A stretch of DNA of 64,000 bases from Candidatus Nanopelagicales bacterium (GTDB lineage Bacteria; Actinomycetota; Actinomycetes; S36-B12), in contig SHUQ01000002.1 of the NCBI GenBank assembly GCA_009694585.1, positions 3,947 through 67,946 on the forward strand. Direction: 5' to 3'. Position 1 is the first letter of the stretch; the number at the start of each line of letters is the position of its first letter. A program made the position numbers and the translations under genes. This document shows positions 36,052 to 48,133 of the stretch, piece after piece. A model generated the notes under the pieces. The model saw only the letters and a program-made list of their open reading frames with translations, had not been told where the DNA came from and ran no database searches.

Positions 36052-36696
36052 ATGAGTACCAATGTGAAGGGCGTACTGGGCGAGAAGCTCGGTATGACCC
36101 AGGTATGGGACGACAACAACAAAGTCGTGCCTATAACTGTTGTCAAGGCGGGGCCATGTGTAGTTACCCAGGTACGGACCGCAGACAAAGATGGCTATTC
36201 AGCTGTACAGATCGCCTTCGGGGCTATCGATCCTCGCAAAGTAAATAAGCCAGATACCGGACAATTCGTCAAGGCCGGTGTGACTCCACGTCGCCACCTG
36301 GTGGAGATCCGCACCGACGATGCCACCGAGTACACCCTCGGGCAAGAGCTAGGCCCCGACACTTTCGAGGCGGGCCAGCGCATTGACATTGTGGGCACCA
36401 CCAAGGGCAAGGGCTTTGCCGGTGTCATGAAGCGTCATGGTTTTCACGGCTTGCGCGCCACCCACGGTGTTACCCGCAAGCACCGCTCGCCCGGTTCCAT
36501 CGGTGGCTGTGCAACCCCAGGTCGTGTTTTCAAAGGGATGAAGATGGCCGGTCGGATGGGTGGCGTGCGCCAGACCACCTTGAACCTGGTCGTTTACGGC
36601 GTAGACGTCGAAAAGGGTTTGTTGCTTATCAAGGGTGCCATTCCTGGCCCCAAGGGTGGCTTGGTATTCGTCCGCACCGCTGTGAAGGAGGGCTAA
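36052..36696 (+). CDS. rplC: 50S ribosomal protein L3
   Basis: [28 protein letters not shown]. Confidence 0.98.
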   Translation: MSTNVKGVLGEKLGMTQVWDDNNKVVPITVVKAGPCVVTQVRTADKDGYSAVQIAFGAIDPRKVNKPDTGQFVKAGVTPRRHLVEIRTDDATEYTLGQELGPDTFEAGQRIDIVGTTKGKGFAGVMKRHGFHGLRATHGVTRKHRSPGSIGGCATPGRVFKGMKMAGRMGGVRQTTLNLVVYGVDVEKGLLLIKGAIPGPKGGLVFVRTAVKEG

Positions 36697-36698
36697 CC

Positions 36699-37373
36699 GT
36701 GACTTCTGTAGAAGTTCGCACTCCTGCCGGCAAAGCATCCGGCAAAGTTGAACTACCCGCCGAGATCTTCGATGTGCAGGTCAACATCCCGTTGATCCAT
36801 CAAGTTGTTGTCGCCCAGCAGGCTGCGGCACGCCAAGGTACCCACTCGACCAAAACACGCGCCGAAGTAAGTGGTGGCGGGCGCAAGCCGTATAAGCAAA
36901 AGGGCACCGGTCGTGCGCGCCAAGGTTCAATTAGGGCTCCGCAGTTTGTTGGTGGTGGCGTGGTCCATGGACCGCAGCCACGTGATTACTCACAGCGCAC
37001 CCCCAAGAAGATGAAGGTTGCCGCACTACGTGGTGCACTTTCGGATCGGGCCCGCGAGGATCGCATTCATGTGGTCTCCGAACTCGTAACCGGCGAGGTG
37101 CCCTCGACTAAGAGTGCCAAGACATCACTGGCAGCACTAGGCCTCGAAGGACGGGTGCTCGTTGTGGTTAGCCGCGATGAAACCACTTCGTGGTTGAGCT
37201 TGCGCAATGTTGACAACGCGCATGTAGTCGCACCTGACCAGCTCAATACTTACGACGTCATCGTCAGCGACCAGGTGCTATTCACCACGGCCGCCCTTGA
37301 GGCATTCCTCGCTGGCGTGCCGAAGGGTAAGAGCATCAAGTCGGTAGCAAGGCAGTCGGAGGTAGAATCGTGA
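36699..37373 (+). CDS. rplD: 50S ribosomal protein L4
   Basis: [12 protein letters not shown]. Confidence 0.98.
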   Translation: MTSVEVRTPAGKASGKVELPAEIFDVQVNIPLIHQVVVAQQAAARQGTHSTKTRAEVSGGGRKPYKQKGTGRARQGSIRAPQFVGGGVVHGPQPRDYSQRTPKKMKVAALRGALSDRAREDRIHVVSELVTGEVPSTKSAKTSLAALGLEGRVLVVVSRDETTSWLSLRNVDNAHVVAPDQLNTYDVIVSDQVLFTTAALEAFLAGVPKGKSIKSVARQSEVES

Positions 37374-37669
37374 GAATCCAAGACGTCCGCGACATTTTGA
37401 TCTCGCCAGTGATCTCGGAGAAGAGCTACGGACTCCTTGACGAGAACAAGTACACGTTCATTGTTTCGACAGATGCCAACAAGACGCAGATCAAAATTGC
37501 GGTCGAGAAGGTCTTTGGCGTGAAGGTGATCAGCGTTAATACGCACAACCGTGAAGGAAAGCGGATTCGCACCCGCACTGGCTTCGGCCGTCGCGCAGCA
37601 ACAAAGCGAGCGATCGTTTCTGTTGCCGCCGGTGACCGCATCGACATCTTCGGAGGCCCGGTCTCCTGA
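37370..37669 (+). CDS. rplW: 50S ribosomal protein L23
   Basis: PVISEKS, ANKTQIK.AVE. Confidence 0.97.
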   Translation: MRIQDVRDILISPVISEKSYGLLDENKYTFIVSTDANKTQIKIAVEKVFGVKVISVNTHNREGKRIRTRTGFGRRAATKRAIVSVAAGDRIDIFGGPVS

Positions 37670-37700
37670 CCGGGCAATCGACTAAAGAGACGGAAGAGCT

Positions 37701-38537
37701 ATGGGAATCCGCAAGTACAAGCCGACTACACCAGGCCGTCGTGGCTCGAGCGTGGCCGACTTTGTCGAGATCACGCGGTCTGAACCGGAGAAGTCACTAG
37801 TACGTCCGCTTTCAAAGAAGGGCGGCCGTAACAACTCCGGCAAGATAACTACCCGCCATCAAGGTGGCGGTCACAAGCGTGCATACCGAATAATCGATTT
37901 CAAGCGTGCTGACAAAGACGGCGTGCCAGCTCGCGTTGCGCACATTGAATACGACCCCAACCGCACGGCGCGGATTGCGCTCTTGCATTTTGCAGACGGC
38001 GAGAAGCGCTACATAATCGCGCCGAACAAGCTCAAACAAGGCGATGCGGTTGAAACTGGGCCCAGCGCCGATATAAAGCCCGGCAACAACTTGCCGTTAC
38101 GCAATATCCCAGTAGGTTCTGTCATCCATGCCGTTGAACTACGACCTGGTGGCGGGGCCAAGATCGCCCGCTCGGCTGGTTCAAGCGTGCAACTTGTTGC
38201 CAAGGACGGGCCGTATGCGCAACTGCGCATGCCATCTGGTGAAATCCGCAACGTGGATGCGCGCGCTCGCGCGACGATCGGCGAAGTTGGTAACGCTGAG
38301 CAGTCCAATATCAACTGGGGTAAGGCCGGCCGCATGCGCTGGAAGGGCAAGCGCCCAACCGTCCGCGGTGTAGCAATGAACCCGGTTGACCATCCACATG
38401 GTGGTGGTGAGGGTAAAACTTCAGGTGGACGCCACCCGGTCAATCCGAATGGTAAGCCAGAAGGTCGCACTCGCAAGGCCAACAAGGCCAGCGACATGTT
38501 CATCGTCCGACGCCGCAAGACCGGCAAGAAGCGATAA
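37701..38537 (+). CDS. rplB: 50S ribosomal protein L2
   Basis: [26 protein letters not shown]. Confidence 0.99.
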   Translation: MGIRKYKPTTPGRRGSSVADFVEITRSEPEKSLVRPLSKKGGRNNSGKITTRHQGGGHKRAYRIIDFKRADKDGVPARVAHIEYDPNRTARIALLHFADGEKRYIIAPNKLKQGDAVETGPSADIKPGNNLPLRNIPVGSVIHAVELRPGGGAKIARSAGSSVQLVAKDGPYAQLRMPSGEIRNVDARARATIGEVGNAEQSNINWGKAGRMRWKGKRPTVRGVAMNPVDHPHGGGEGKTSGGRHPVNPNGKPEGRTRKANKASDMFIVRRRKTGKKR

Positions 38538-38549
38538 GGGAACCGAAAT

Positions 38550-38831
38550 ATGCCACGCAGTCTGAAAAAGGGCCCGTTTGTGGACACCCATCTGCTAAAG
38601 AAGGTGGAAGTCCAAAACGAGGCTGGGTCAAAGAACGTGATCAAGACTTGGTCACGTCGTTCGATGATCATCCCGATCATGCTCGGCCACACGATTGCAG
38701 TGCACGACGGCCGCAAGCATGTCCCGGTATTTGTCTCGGAGAACATGGTCGGGCACAAACTCGGCGAGTTCGCTCCGACCCGTACCTTCAAAGGCCATAT
38801 CAAGGACGACCGCAAGGCGAAGAAGCGGTAG
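38550..38831 (+). CDS. rpsS: 30S ribosomal protein S19
   Basis: [21 protein letters not shown]. Confidence 0.99.
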   Translation: MPRSLKKGPFVDTHLLKKVEVQNEAGSKNVIKTWSRRSMIIPIMLGHTIAVHDGRKHVPVFVSENMVGHKLGEFAPTRTFKGHIKDDRKAKKR

Positions 38832-38885
38832 TTCAGTAGTTCACAACCGACCACAGACCGAGCAACGAGAAGCAAGGGGATAGCG

Positions 38886-39461
38886 ATGGAAGCCAGGGCC
38901 CAGGCGCGGTACGTCCGTGTCACGCCCATGAAGGCGCGCCGTGTCATCAACCTCATTAGAGGGATGAATGCGTCAGACGCCCAGGCGGTATTGACGTTCG
39001 CACCCCAAGCGGCCAGTGAGCCGGTTGGCAAGGTGCTTGCGAGCGCCATAGCTAACGCGACAAATAACCATGCGATGGATGCCCGCGGCTTGGTGGTCAG
39101 CGAAGCATTTGTTGATGAAGGCCCCACCATGAAGCGTATCCGCCCGCGGGCGCAAGGGCGGGCCTACCGGGTGCTTAAGCGCAGCAGTCACATCACCGTG
39201 ATCGTTTCCGATGGCGAGGCGATCATCAATCCTGCTAAGGCGGTTAAGCCCGTCAAGCCAGCAAAGGTTGAGGCCAAACCAGCCGCGGCCGAAAAGGCAC
39301 CGGCCAAGAAGGCACCGGCCAAGAAGGCACCGGCCAAGAAGGCACCGGCTGCCAAGAAGGCACCGGCTGCCAAGAAGGCACCGGCCAAGAAGGCACCGGC
39401 TGCCAAGAAGACGACAGCGAAGGCGACAACCAAGTCGACCGACGCTAAGAAGAAGGGATGA
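38886..39461 (+). CDS. rplV: 50S ribosomal protein L22 with Lys/Ala/Pro-rich tail
   Basis: [15 protein letters not shown]. Confidence 0.97.
   Translation: MEARAQARYVRVTPMKARRVINLIRGMNASDAQAVLTFAPQAASEPVGKVLASAIANATNNHAMDARGLVVSEAFVDEGPTMKRIRPRAQGRAYRVLKRSSHITVIVSDGEAIINPAKAVKPVKPAKVEAKPAAAEKAPAKKAPAKKAPAKKAPAAKKAPAAKKAPAKKAPAAKKTTAKATTKSTDAKKKG
39294..39410 (+). repeat. 15/18-bp tandem repeats in rplV encoding [11 protein letters not shown]
   Basis: AAGGCACCGGC(TGC)CAAG units, seven copies. Confidence 0.9.
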
Positions 39462-39468
39462 CTCGACC

Positions 39469-40272
39469 GTGGGCCAGAAAGTAAACCCGCACGGCTTCCG
39501 CCTAGGTATCACCACCGACTTCACGTCGCGCTGGTTTGCCGACTCGGCTAAAGAGGGTCAGCGCTACCGAGATTACGTTGATGAGGATGTGAAGATCCGC
39601 AAGCTTCTGGCCACCGGCATGGAGCGCGCTGGTATCTCCAAGGTGGAGATTGAGCGCACCCGCGAGCGAGTCCGCGTCGACATCCACACTGCACGTCCGG
39701 GAATCGTCATCGGCCGCCGTGGAACTGAAGCCGATCGCATCCGTGGCGATCTTGAGACTTTGACCGGTAAGCAGGTACAGCTAAACATCCTTGAGGTCAA
39801 AAACCCCGAGATTGATTCACAATTGGTGGCACAAGGTATCGCCGAGCAGCTATCCAGCCGGGTGTCATTCCGCCGAGCAATGCGCAAGGGAATGCAGAGC
39901 ACGATGAAAAGTGGCGCCAAGGGCATCAGGGTTCAGGTTTCCGGTCGCCTTGGTGGAGCTGAAATGTCGCGCACTGAGTTCTATCGCGAAGGCCGGGTGC
40001 CGCTGCACACACTGCGCGCTGATATCGACTACGGCTTCTACGAGGCGCGTACGACATTTGGCCGTATTGGCGTCAAGGTGTGGATCTACAAGGGCAATGC
40101 GCCAAGCACCCGCGCTGAGCGGGAGGCGGCAGCTGCCACCGCACGTTTGGGTCAGCGCGCTGCCGCTTCGGCACGCCCGCGTGGGGCACGCAGTTCAGAT
40201 GAGGTGACCGAGACTGCCGTAGTAGAAGCCGCGGTTGAAGCTGCAGTTGCCGCAGAAGCGCAGGAGGGATAG
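39469..40272 (+). CDS. rpsC: 30S ribosomal protein S3
   Basis: [26 protein letters not shown]. Confidence 0.98.
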   Translation: MGQKVNPHGFRLGITTDFTSRWFADSAKEGQRYRDYVDEDVKIRKLLATGMERAGISKVEIERTRERVRVDIHTARPGIVIGRRGTEADRIRGDLETLTGKQVQLNILEVKNPEIDSQLVAQGIAEQLSSRVSFRRAMRKGMQSTMKSGAKGIRVQVSGRLGGAEMSRTEFYREGRVPLHTLRADIDYGFYEARTTFGRIGVKVWIYKGNAPSTRAEREAAAATARLGQRAAASARPRGARSSDEVTETAVVEAAVEAAVAAEAQEG

Positions 40273-40274
40273 CC

Positions 40275-40697
40275 ATGCTTATTCCGCGCCGAGTCAAGCA
40301 TCGTAAACAGCACCACCCCACGCGCCGTGGCGTGGCCAAGGGTGGCACCGCCGTGACGTTTGGCACCTTTGGTTTGCAGGCGCTAGAACCCGCATACGTC
40401 ACGAACCGGCAAATTGAGTCGGCTCGTATCGCCATCACCCGGCATATCCGTCGTGGCGGCAAGGTGTGGATCAACATCTACCCCGATCGCCCCCTGACCA
40501 AGAAGCCTGCCGAAACCCGTATGGGTTCTGGTAAGGGTTCGCCGGAGTGGTGGATCGCGAATGTCAAGCCAGGTCGGGTGATGTTCGAACTTTCGTACCC
40601 AGACGAGAAGGTTGCGCAGGAAGCGCTCACGCGGGCCATGCACAAACTTCCGATGAAGTGCCGAATTGTCCGGCGCGATGAAGCAGGAGGGGACTAA
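40275..40697 (+). CDS. rplP: 50S ribosomal protein L16
   Basis: [12 protein letters not shown]. Confidence 0.99.
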   Translation: MLIPRRVKHRKQHHPTRRGVAKGGTAVTFGTFGLQALEPAYVTNRQIESARIAITRHIRRGGKVWINIYPDRPLTKKPAETRMGSGKGSPEWWIANVKPGRVMFELSYPDEKVAQEALTRAMHKLPMKCRIVRRDEAGGD

Positions 40698-40928
40698 ATG
40701 GCGACTGGAACTCAGGTTGGTGAACTTCGCAACCTCGATAGCGCTGAATTGACGGCCAAACTCCTAGAGTCCAAGGAGGAGTTGTTCAACCTTCGCTTCC
40801 AAGGCGCTACCGGGCAATTGGAGAACCACGGACGCCTCCGCGCCGTGCGCAAGGACATCGCGCGGATCTACACGATCTTGCGTGAGCGTGAGTTGGGCAT
40901 TACGCCCATTGAGGGTGGTGCCGCATGA
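40698..40928 (+). CDS. rpmC: 50S ribosomal protein L29
   Basis: [18 protein letters not shown]. Confidence 0.97.
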   Translation: MATGTQVGELRNLDSAELTAKLLESKEELFNLRFQGATGQLENHGRLRAVRKDIARIYTILRERELGITPIEGGAA

Positions 40929-41209
40929 GCGCGAACGAAGTAAACGGCGACGTGGAAAAGCGTGGCTACCGCAAGACCCGCGAGGGACTTGTTGTCAGCG
41001 ACAAGATGGACAAGACGGTTGTGGTAGCCGTCGAAAACCGTTTCAAGCATCCGCTTTACGGCAAGGTCGTCCGTCGGACGAGCAAGCTAAAGGCACATGA
41101 CGAGGCCAACGCAGCCGGTATAGGTGACCGCGTTCTCGTTATGGAGACCCGCCCCGTGTCAGCGACAAAGCGCTGGCGCGTAGTGGAGATCCTCGAGAAG
41201 GCCAAGTAA
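40925..41209 (+). CDS. rpsQ: 30S ribosomal protein S17
   Basis: [18 protein letters not shown]. Confidence 0.98.
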   Translation: MSANEVNGDVEKRGYRKTREGLVVSDKMDKTVVVAVENRFKHPLYGKVVRRTSKLKAHDEANAAGIGDRVLVMETRPVSATKRWRVVEILEKAK

Positions 41210-41267
41210 CCCAGCGCAAAGCTCCGCCAGGCTCGGTAGAGAACCGGCAGACGATCAGGAGAATGAA

Positions 41268-41636
41268 GTGATTCAGCAAGAGTCGCGACTAAGGGTCGCC
41301 GACAACACGGGTGCAAAGGAACTCCTTTGCATTCGGGTACTCGGTGGGTCCGGTCGACGCTATGCCGGCATCGGCGACGTCATCGTCGCAACGGTGAAAG
41401 ATGCCATCCCCGGTGGCGGTGTGAAAAAGGGTGAGGTCGTGAAGGCTGTCATCGTGCGTACCCGCAAGGAGCGCCGCCGCCCCGATGGCTCATACATCCG
41501 GTTCGACGAGAACGCAGCTGTCATCCTCAAAGCTGATGGTGAGCCGCGCGGAACTCGTATCTTTGGCCCAGTTGGCCGTGAGCTTCGCGAGAAGAAGTTC
41601 ATGAAGATCATCTCGTTGGCCCCGGAGGTGCTGTAG
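41268..41636 (+). CDS. rplN: 50S ribosomal protein L14
   Basis: [16 protein letters not shown]. Confidence 0.99.
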   Translation: MIQQESRLRVADNTGAKELLCIRVLGGSGRRYAGIGDVIVATVKDAIPGGGVKKGEVVKAVIVRTRKERRRPDGSYIRFDENAAVILKADGEPRGTRIFGPVGRELREKKFMKIISLAPEVL

Positions 41637-41638
41637 TC

Positions 41639-42001
41639 ATGCCAGATTTAAGAATTCGCAAAGGTGACCTAGTCCAGGTTATTTCGGGCAAAGATCGCGG
41701 GGTCAAGGGCAAAGTCATTGAGGTAATCCCCGACGCCGATCGCATCATCGTCGAGGGTGTGAACCGCATCAAGAAGCACACCAAGGTGGGTCAGAACGCC
41801 CGCGGTGCAAAAACCGGTGGCATTATCACGACCGAAGCGCCGATCCACGTGTCCAATGTGATGATCATCGATCCGGAGGATGGCCGCGCAACTCGAATCG
41901 GCTACCGCCGCGAAAAAGTCGAGAAGCGTCGCTCGGACGGCTCAACCTACGAAGCAGAGCGCAGCGTGCGCATCTCACGTCGCACAGGTAAGGACATCTG
42001 A
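41639..42001 (+). CDS. rplX: 50S ribosomal protein L24
   Basis: [23 protein letters not shown]. Confidence 0.98.
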   Translation: MPDLRIRKGDLVQVISGKDRGVKGKVIEVIPDADRIIVEGVNRIKKHTKVGQNARGAKTGGIITTEAPIHVSNVMIIDPEDGRATRIGYRREKVEKRRSDGSTYEAERSVRISRRTGKDI

Positions 42002-42564
42002 TGACATCGACAACATCAGCGGCTCCGCGTCTAAAGGCGCGTTACCGCGAGGAGATCGTGCCCGCATTGAAAACCGAATTTACATTCGGCAACATCATGC
42101 AGGTGCCTACGGTCACCAAGGTGGTCGTCAACATGGGCGTCGGCGAAGCGGCCCGCGACTCTAAGTTAATCGAGGGCGCGATTCGAGACCTCGCCGAGAT
42201 AACAGGCCAAAAGCCCCAGGTCACCAAGGCTCGCAAATCGATCGCCCAATTCAAGCTGCGCGAAGGCCAGCCCATTGGGGCGCACGTCACCTTGCGTGGT
42301 GATCGTATGTGGGAATTCTTGGACCGGTTGCTTTCGGTCGCACTTCCACGTATTCGTGACTTCCGTGGGCTTTCACCCAAGCAATTCGATGGCAAGGGCA
42401 ACTACACCTTTGGTCTCAATGAGCAGTCAATGTTCCATGAGATCGATCAGGACAAAATCGATCGGGTCCGCGGTATGGATATTACGGTTGTCACGACTGC
42501 TAAAAATGATGCTGAAGGCCGCGCTTTGCTTCGCCTTCTCGGATTTCCCTTCAAGGAGGCCTGA
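42001..42564 (+). CDS. rplE: 50S ribosomal protein L5
   Basis: [18 protein letters not shown]. Confidence 0.99.
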   Translation: MTSTTSAAPRLKARYREEIVPALKTEFTFGNIMQVPTVTKVVVNMGVGEAARDSKLIEGAIRDLAEITGQKPQVTKARKSIAQFKLREGQPIGAHVTLRGDRMWEFLDRLLSVALPRIRDFRGLSPKQFDGKGNYTFGLNEQSMFHEIDQDKIDRVRGMDITVVTTAKNDAEGRALLRLLGFPFKEA

Positions 42565-42569
42565 TCCAA

Positions 42570-42755
42570 ATGGCGAAGAAAGCACTGATCGAAAAGCAGC
42601 AGAAGAAGCCCAAGTTCAAGGTGCGGGGTTACACCCGTTGCAATAAGTGTGGGCGACCACACGCGGTCTACCGCAAGTTCGGCCTGTGCCGGATTTGCGT
42701 GCGTCAAATGGCACATGCCGGCGAATTGCCGGGTGTGACTAAGAGCTCCTGGTAA
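42570..42755 (+). CDS. rpsN: 30S ribosomal protein S14 (type Z, Zn-binding)
   Basis: RCNKCGR...LCRIC, 61 aa. Confidence 0.97.
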   Translation: MAKKALIEKQQKKPKFKVRGYTRCNKCGRPHAVYRKFGLCRICVRQMAHAGELPGVTKSSW

Positions 42756-42813
42756 TCAACGACGTCGCAGGTCCGGGTCTACCGGAAACCACAACGAGGA
42801 AGGCCGACTGGCC

Positions 42814-43212
42814 ATGACAATGACTGACCCGATAGCCGACATGCTTGCGCGCCTGCGCAATGCAAACTCGGCGTATCACGATGCTGTGACGATGCCGCAC
42901 TCCAAGATGAAAGAAAGCATCGCCGAGATCCTCAAGCGCGAGGGTTATATCGGCGGCTGGAGCGTCTCGGATGCGATCGTCGGCAAGACGCTCACGCTGG
43001 AATTGAAGTACGGTCCGACGCGCGAGCGTTCGATTGCCGGTCTTCGCCGGGTGTCTAAGCCGGGCCTTCGGGTCTACGCAAAAAGCACCGGCATCCCGCG
43101 TGTACTCGGCGGCCTCGGTGTCGCAATTTTGTCCACCTCTTCAGGGCTGTTGACCGATCGACAGGCCCATTCGAAAGGCGTAGGTGGGGAAGTCCTCGCC
43201 TACGTCTGGTAA
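42814..43212 (+). CDS. rpsH: 30S ribosomal protein S8
   Basis: [24 protein letters not shown]. Confidence 0.99.
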   Translation: MTMTDPIADMLARLRNANSAYHDAVTMPHSKMKESIAEILKREGYIGGWSVSDAIVGKTLTLELKYGPTRERSIAGLRRVSKPGLRVYAKSTGIPRVLGGLGVAILSTSSGLLTDRQAHSKGVGGEVLAYVW

Positions 43213-43230
43213 CCGGGAAGGAGCGAGCAA

Positions 43231-43773
43231 ATGTCACGTATTGGACGTATGCCGATCCCGGTTCCATCCGGGGTCAATGCACAAATCGCTGGCAATGACA
43301 TCACCGTGACGGGCCCCAAGGGCACGTTATCTCTGAAGGTTGCTGAGCCGATCGTCGTCGAGAAACAAGAGGATGGCACGTTGTTGGTGACTCGTCCCAA
43401 CGACGAGCGCGCATCGATGTCACTTCATGGCCTAACTCGCACCTTGGTTGCCAACATGGTCACCGGTGTCACCAACGGATATGAGAAGACACTTGAGATT
43501 GTCGGCACGGGTTACCGTGTTGCAGCTAAAGGCACCGACCTTGAGTTTGTACTCGGATTCAGCCATCCGGTTGTGGTTTCAGCGCCGGCAGGCATTGCCT
43601 TTCGCGTGGAGAGCCCCGTTAAGTTCACGGTGGTCGGCATCGATAAGCAGCAAGTCGGCGAAGTTGCGGCCAATATTCGCAAGTTGCGTAAGCCAGAGCC
43701 GTATAAGGGCAAGGGCGTGCGTTACGAGAACGAGGTCGTCCGCCGCAAGGCCGGAAAGGCGGGCAACAAGTGA
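43231..43773 (+). CDS. rplF: 50S ribosomal protein L6
   Basis: [17 protein letters not shown]. Confidence 0.99.
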   Translation: MSRIGRMPIPVPSGVNAQIAGNDITVTGPKGTLSLKVAEPIVVEKQEDGTLLVTRPNDERASMSLHGLTRTLVANMVTGVTNGYEKTLEIVGTGYRVAAKGTDLEFVLGFSHPVVVSAPAGIAFRVESPVKFTVVGIDKQQVGEVAANIRKLRKPEPYKGKGVRYENEVVRRKAGKAGNK

Positions 43774-44156
43774 GTAGCTTCGGTGTTAAGTTGGGCGGGT
43801 CGGGCAACAAGGTTGCTATCGGCCGCAAGCGTCGCCATATTCGTGTTCGCAAGAAGGTTTCCGGTACTCCGGAGCGTCCGCGTTTGGTTGTCAGTCGGTC
43901 AGCTCGCCACATGGTGGCGCAAGTGGTTGATGACACCCAGGGTCGCACTTTGGCCTCAGCCTCGTCAATGGAAGTTGACCTGCGAGCTGCGAGCGACGAT
44001 AAGTCCGCTAAAGCACGCAAGGTTGGCCAATTAATCGCAGCACGTGCGAAGCAGGCCGGGGTTGAGACGGTGGTTTTTGACCGCGGTGGAAATAAGTACC
44101 ACGGTCGCGTGGCAGCTCTCGCGGAGGGCGCCCGCGAGGGTGGCCTGAATTTCTAA
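43770..44156 (+). CDS. rplR: 50S ribosomal protein L18
   Basis: RPRLVV, VFDRGG..YHGRV. Confidence 0.98.
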   Translation: MSSFGVKLGGSGNKVAIGRKRRHIRVRKKVSGTPERPRLVVSRSARHMVAQVVDDTQGRTLASASSMEVDLRAASDDKSAKARKVGQLIAARAKQAGVETVVFDRGGNKYHGRVAALAEGAREGGLNF

Positions 44157-44189
44157 GCGGATTACGGAATAGGTAGGAGAGGGAACCCC

Positions 44190-44813
44190 ATGGCAGCAAC
44201 CTCGCGGCGCGGAAGTGGCGCAGGCACAGGCACAGGCACAGGCACCGGTGGGCTAGGTGACCGCAAGGACCGCAAGGAGCGTGCTCCCCGCGAGGAGAAG
44301 TCCGCTTTCATCGAGCGGGTGGTTGCGATCAACCGGGTCTCAAAGGTCGTCAAGGGCGGTCGTCGCTTTAGCTTTACGGCTCTGGTAGTCGTCGGCGATG
44401 GCGATGGCAGCGTTGGCGTTGGCTACGGCAAGGCCAAAGAAGTTCCGGCCGCTATCGCCAAAGGTGTCGAGGAGGCCAAGAAGCACTTCTTCAAGGTGCC
44501 TCGGATCCAGGGCACGATTCCGCACCCGATCACGGGCGAAGCGGCTGCCGGTGTTGTGATGCTGCGTCCGGCTGCGCCAGGTACCGGCGTTATCGCCGGC
44601 GGCCCGGTTCGTGCGGTATTGGAGTGCGCTGGCATTCACGATGTGCTTAGCAAGTCCATGGGTTCAGATAATGCGATCAATATCGTGCACGCGACGGTTG
44701 CGGCGCTGAAGTTGCTCGAGTCACCCGAGGCTGTCGCAGCTCGTCGTGGGCTGCCCCTAGAAGCCGTGGCTCCAGCAGCATTGCTGCGTGCCCGCGCCGG
44801 GGTAGGTGCCTGA
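44190..44813 (+). CDS. rpsE: 30S ribosomal protein S5
   Basis: [22 protein letters not shown]. Confidence 0.99.
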   Translation: MAATSRRGSGAGTGTGTGTGGLGDRKDRKERAPREEKSAFIERVVAINRVSKVVKGGRRFSFTALVVVGDGDGSVGVGYGKAKEVPAAIAKGVEEAKKHFFKVPRIQGTIPHPITGEAAAGVVMLRPAAPGTGVIAGGPVRAVLECAGIHDVLSKSMGSDNAINIVHATVAALKLLESPEAVAARRGLPLEAVAPAALLRARAGVGA

Positions 44814-44995
44814 TGGCACAACTTAAGGTAACCCAGAAAAGGTCGGAAATCGGTGGCACGTCCAATCAGCGCAATACGCTGCGCTCACTTGGGTTAAAGC
44901 GCATCGGTGACACAGTTGTTAAAGAAGATCGCCCTGAAATCCGCGGCATGGTCAACATGGTGTCGCACTTGGTTGTTGTCGAGGAGGTTAAGTAG
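44813..44995 (+). CDS. rpmD: 50S ribosomal protein L30
   Basis: [10 protein letters not shown], 60 aa. Confidence 0.97.
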   Translation: MAQLKVTQKRSEIGGTSNQRNTLRSLGLKRIGDTVVKEDRPEIRGMVNMVSHLVVVEEVK

Positions 44996-44997
44996 CG

Positions 44998-45438
44998 ATG
45001 GCACTTAAGGTCCATCATCTGCGCCCGGCTCCGGGTGCTAAGACTGCAAAGACTCGTAAGGGCCGCGGTGAGGCGTCAAAAGGCAAGACGTCCGGTCGCG
45101 GCACCAAGGGTACAAAGGCGCGCTATCAGGTGCCGGCTCGTTTCGAGGGCGGCCAGATGCCCTTGCATATGCGCCTGCCGAAATTGAAGGGGTTTACCAA
45201 CCCCAACAAGATTGAATTCCAGGTAGTAAACGTTGCCATGATCTCTAAGTTGTTCCCAAAGGGCGGCGACATCACCGTTGCTGACCTGGTGGCGAAGGGC
45301 GCTGTGCGAAAGGGCCAAAAAGTCAAGATTCTCGGGCAGGGTGATATCACGGTGGCCGTCAAGGTCAGTGCCGATGCATTCTCCGATAGTGCCCGTGACA
45401 AGATCGTGGCCGCAGGCGGTTCCGCAACCGAGATTTAA
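44998..45438 (+). CDS. rplO: 50S ribosomal protein L15
   Basis: [18 protein letters not shown]. Confidence 0.98.
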   Translation: MALKVHHLRPAPGAKTAKTRKGRGEASKGKTSGRGTKGTKARYQVPARFEGGQMPLHMRLPKLKGFTNPNKIEFQVVNVAMISKLFPKGGDITVADLVAKGAVRKGQKVKILGQGDITVAVKVSADAFSDSARDKIVAAGGSATEI

Positions 45439-45450
45439 GCAGGAGGCACA

Positions 45451-46749
45451 GTGCACATCAGTGCGTTTGGGGCTGCCCTGCGTACCCCGGATCTTCGCAA
45501 GAAGATTCTGTTCACCTTGGGACTGTTGGCGCTTTATCGCCTCGGTTCAGTGCTGCCGACCCCGGGTGTCGACTACTCCGCGATCCAGCGTTGTATCGAC
45601 GTAGTACAGGATAATTCTGTCTATGCACTGATCAACCTATTTAGCGGCGGGGCGCTGCTGCAGTTGTCTGTTTTCGCGCTCGGCATCATGCCTTACATCA
45701 CCGCCAGCATTATTTTGCAACTGCTGACCGTGGTTATCCCGCGTTTAGAGACTTTGAAGAAGGACGGCCAAGCCGGCCAGGCCAAGATCACCCAGTACAC
45801 CCGTTACCTTACAATTGGCCTGGCGATCTTGCAGTCAACAGCCATCTTGTCGCTGGCCCGCACACCAGGTGCCTTGTTCAGTGGCTGTAATGAAGCCATC
45901 ATTCCGAATGACTCTGTTTGGGTGATTTTGGTGATGATCACCGTGATGACCGCCGGTACGGCCGTCATCATGTGGTTCGGCGAACTGATCACCGAACGCG
46001 GTATCGGCAACGGGATGTCACTTCTTATCTTCACTTCGATTATTGCGCGGATCCCGGCCCAGTTTGCGTCCATCTGGGGTAGCCGTGGCATCTTCACTTT
46101 CACTCTTACGGTGCTGGTCGGATTAGTCGTCATTGCGCTGGTGGTCTTCGTTGAACAAGCCCAGCGACGAATCCCGGTTCAGTACGCCAAACGCATGGTC
46201 GGGCGGCGTATGTACGGTGGAACTTCTACCTACATCCCGCTCAAGGTAAATATGGCTGGCGTCATCCCGGTTATCTTTGCCTCATCCTTGCTTTTCTTAC
46301 CGACTTTGTTGGTGCAGTTAACCGGTAGCCAAGCTGAATGGGCCCTTTGGGTGCAGCAGAACTTTGGCACCGGCACCGGTAGCTACTACCTAATGGCGTA
46401 CTTCCTGCTTATCGTGTTCTTCTGTTACTTCTATGTGTCCATCACCTTCAACCCGGTTGAAGTCGCGGACAATATGAAGAAGTACGGCGGTTTCATCCCT
46501 GGGATTAGAGCCGGTAAGCCCACGGCGGATTATCTGGATTATGTGCTCACGCGGTTGACCGCACCTGGCTCGCTTTATCTGGGCCTGGTCGCGGTCTTAC
46601 CGGTATTTGCGTTTGGATCGCTGGGTGTGGCAGGCGACTTCATTTTCGGCGGCACGAGTCTCCTGATTATGGTAGGCGTCGGCCTTGACACCGTCAAGCA
46701 GATTGAAGCCCAGTTGCAGCAGCGAAACTACGAAGGATTCCTGCGCTAA
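45451..46749 (+). CDS. secY: Preprotein translocase subunit SecY
   Basis: FALGIMPYITASII, GIGNGMSL, FIPGIRAG. Confidence 0.99.
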   Translation: MHISAFGAALRTPDLRKKILFTLGLLALYRLGSVLPTPGVDYSAIQRCIDVVQDNSVYALINLFSGGALLQLSVFALGIMPYITASIILQLLTVVIPRLETLKKDGQAGQAKITQYTRYLTIGLAILQSTAILSLARTPGALFSGCNEAIIPNDSVWVILVMITVMTAGTAVIMWFGELITERGIGNGMSLLIFTSIIARIPAQFASIWGSRGIFTFTLTVLVGLVVIALVVFVEQAQRRIPVQYAKRMVGRRMYGGTSTYIPLKVNMAGVIPVIFASSLLFLPTLLVQLTGSQAEWALWVQQNFGTGTGSYYLMAYFLLIVFFCYFYVSITFNPVEVADNMKKYGGFIPGIRAGKPTADYLDYVLTRLTAPGSLYLGLVAVLPVFAFGSLGVAGDFIFGGTSLLIMVGVGLDTVKQIEAQLQQRNYEGFLR

Positions 46750-47318
46750 TGCGAATGATCATGATGGGGCCACCTGGCGCCGGCAAGGGCACCCAGGCCG
46801 ACATCGTGTGTTCGAGTATGTTAATCGCACATATTTCGACCGGAGATATTTTTCGGGCCAATGTCACGCAAGGTACCGCATTGGGTATTGAAGCTAAGCG
46901 CTACATGGACGCTGGCGAGTATGTACCCGATGGTGTCACTAACGCGATGGTGCGCGATCGGCTTGCGCAATCAGATTGTGCTACCGGATTTCTACTCGAT
47001 GGCTACCCGCGCACGATCGAGCAGGTGGGCGAACTCGACTCCATGCTCAGCGCACAGGGCGTGAGCATTGATGCAGTTATTGAAATCACGGTGGACGTTG
47101 ACGAAATTGTGCAACGCTTGGTTAAGCGAGCCGCTGACCAAGGCCGCGCTGACGACACCGAGGAGGTAATTCGCCGTCGCCTCGAAGTATTCGCCGAGCA
47201 GACGGCACCGCTGACTTCGCTTTATGCAAGCCGGGGTCTACTTACCCAAGTAAGTGGAATGGGCGATATCGCCGACGTCACCGCGCGTATTCGCGTGGTC
47301 CTAAACCCCGACTCGTGA
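46749..47318 (+). CDS. adk: Adenylate kinase (short-LID form)
   Basis: GPPGAGKGTQ, LLDGYPRT, GRADD. Confidence 0.98.
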   Translation: MRMIMMGPPGAGKGTQADIVCSSMLIAHISTGDIFRANVTQGTALGIEAKRYMDAGEYVPDGVTNAMVRDRLAQSDCATGFLLDGYPRTIEQVGELDSMLSAQGVSIDAVIEITVDVDEIVQRLVKRAADQGRADDTEEVIRRRLEVFAEQTAPLTSLYASRGLLTQVSGMGDIADVTARIRVVLNPDS

Positions 47319-47324
47319 CCGCTC

Positions 47325-48107
47325 ATGTTTCGTAGGAGCCAGGAAATCCAGATTAAGTCGGCTGATCAACTTGCGGTGATGCGTCGTGCGGGGTTGGTTG
47401 TAGCCCGAACTTTGCAGGCGGTAGCGAATGCCGTTTGCCCTGGCGTGACCACGCGCGAGCTTGATGCAATTGCTCGTGACTGCATCAGAACCAATGATGC
47501 GACCCCGTCATTTCTTGGCTATCACGGGTTTCCGGCGGTCATCTGCACGTCGGTTAACGAGGAAGTTGTGCACGGGATTCCGGGAGAGCGAGTACTACGT
47601 GATGGTGACTTGTTATCTATTGATTGCGGGGCAATTGTTGATGGCTGGCACGGTGATGCGGCGGTAAGTGTGCCGGTCGGTACCGTGTCCGCTCCGGTGC
47701 TTGCGCTTTCAGCGGCGACCGAATCCGCATTGTGGGCGGGATTGCAACAGGCTCGTGCTGGTAATCGGCTATCGGATATCAGCCATGCCGTCGAGGTTGC
47801 CATTAACGCGGCGGGTAGTTTCGGGGTAGTCGAGGACTACACCGGCCATGGCATCGGTACCAGCATGCATATGCATCCGCCTATCCCAAACCATGGCAAA
47901 CCAGGTCGCGGTCCAGTTCTAAAAGTTGGAATGGCGCTGGCCATCGAGCCCATGGCTACCTTGGGCTCTCCGGTGGTTGGGGTGTTGGCTGATGACTGGA
48001 CGGTGGTGGCCCTAGATCAAGGGCCGGCGGCGCATTGGGAACACACCGTGGCCATTACCGAATCCGGCCCTTGGGTACTTACGGCTTTGGCTGAAATTCA
48101 CCTGTAA
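47325..48107 (+). CDS. map: Methionine aminopeptidase type I
   Basis: SVNEEVVHGIP, DGWHGDAA, GHGIG, AIEPM, HWEHT. Confidence 0.97.
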   Translation: MFRRSQEIQIKSADQLAVMRRAGLVVARTLQAVANAVCPGVTTRELDAIARDCIRTNDATPSFLGYHGFPAVICTSVNEEVVHGIPGERVLRDGDLLSIDCGAIVDGWHGDAAVSVPVGTVSAPVLALSAATESALWAGLQQARAGNRLSDISHAVEVAINAAGSFGVVEDYTGHGIGTSMHMHPPIPNHGKPGRGPVLKVGMALAIEPMATLGSPVVGVLADDWTVVALDQGPAAHWEHTVAITESGPWVLTALAEIHL

Positions 48108-48133
48108 CAGCATCGCTCCGGTAGGCTCCTGTT

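Noticed and set aside
34397-39130. Long antisense ORFs (34397-35239, 38009-39130 and similar)
   Set aside because: Shadow ORFs of highly biased, GC-rich housekeeping genes.
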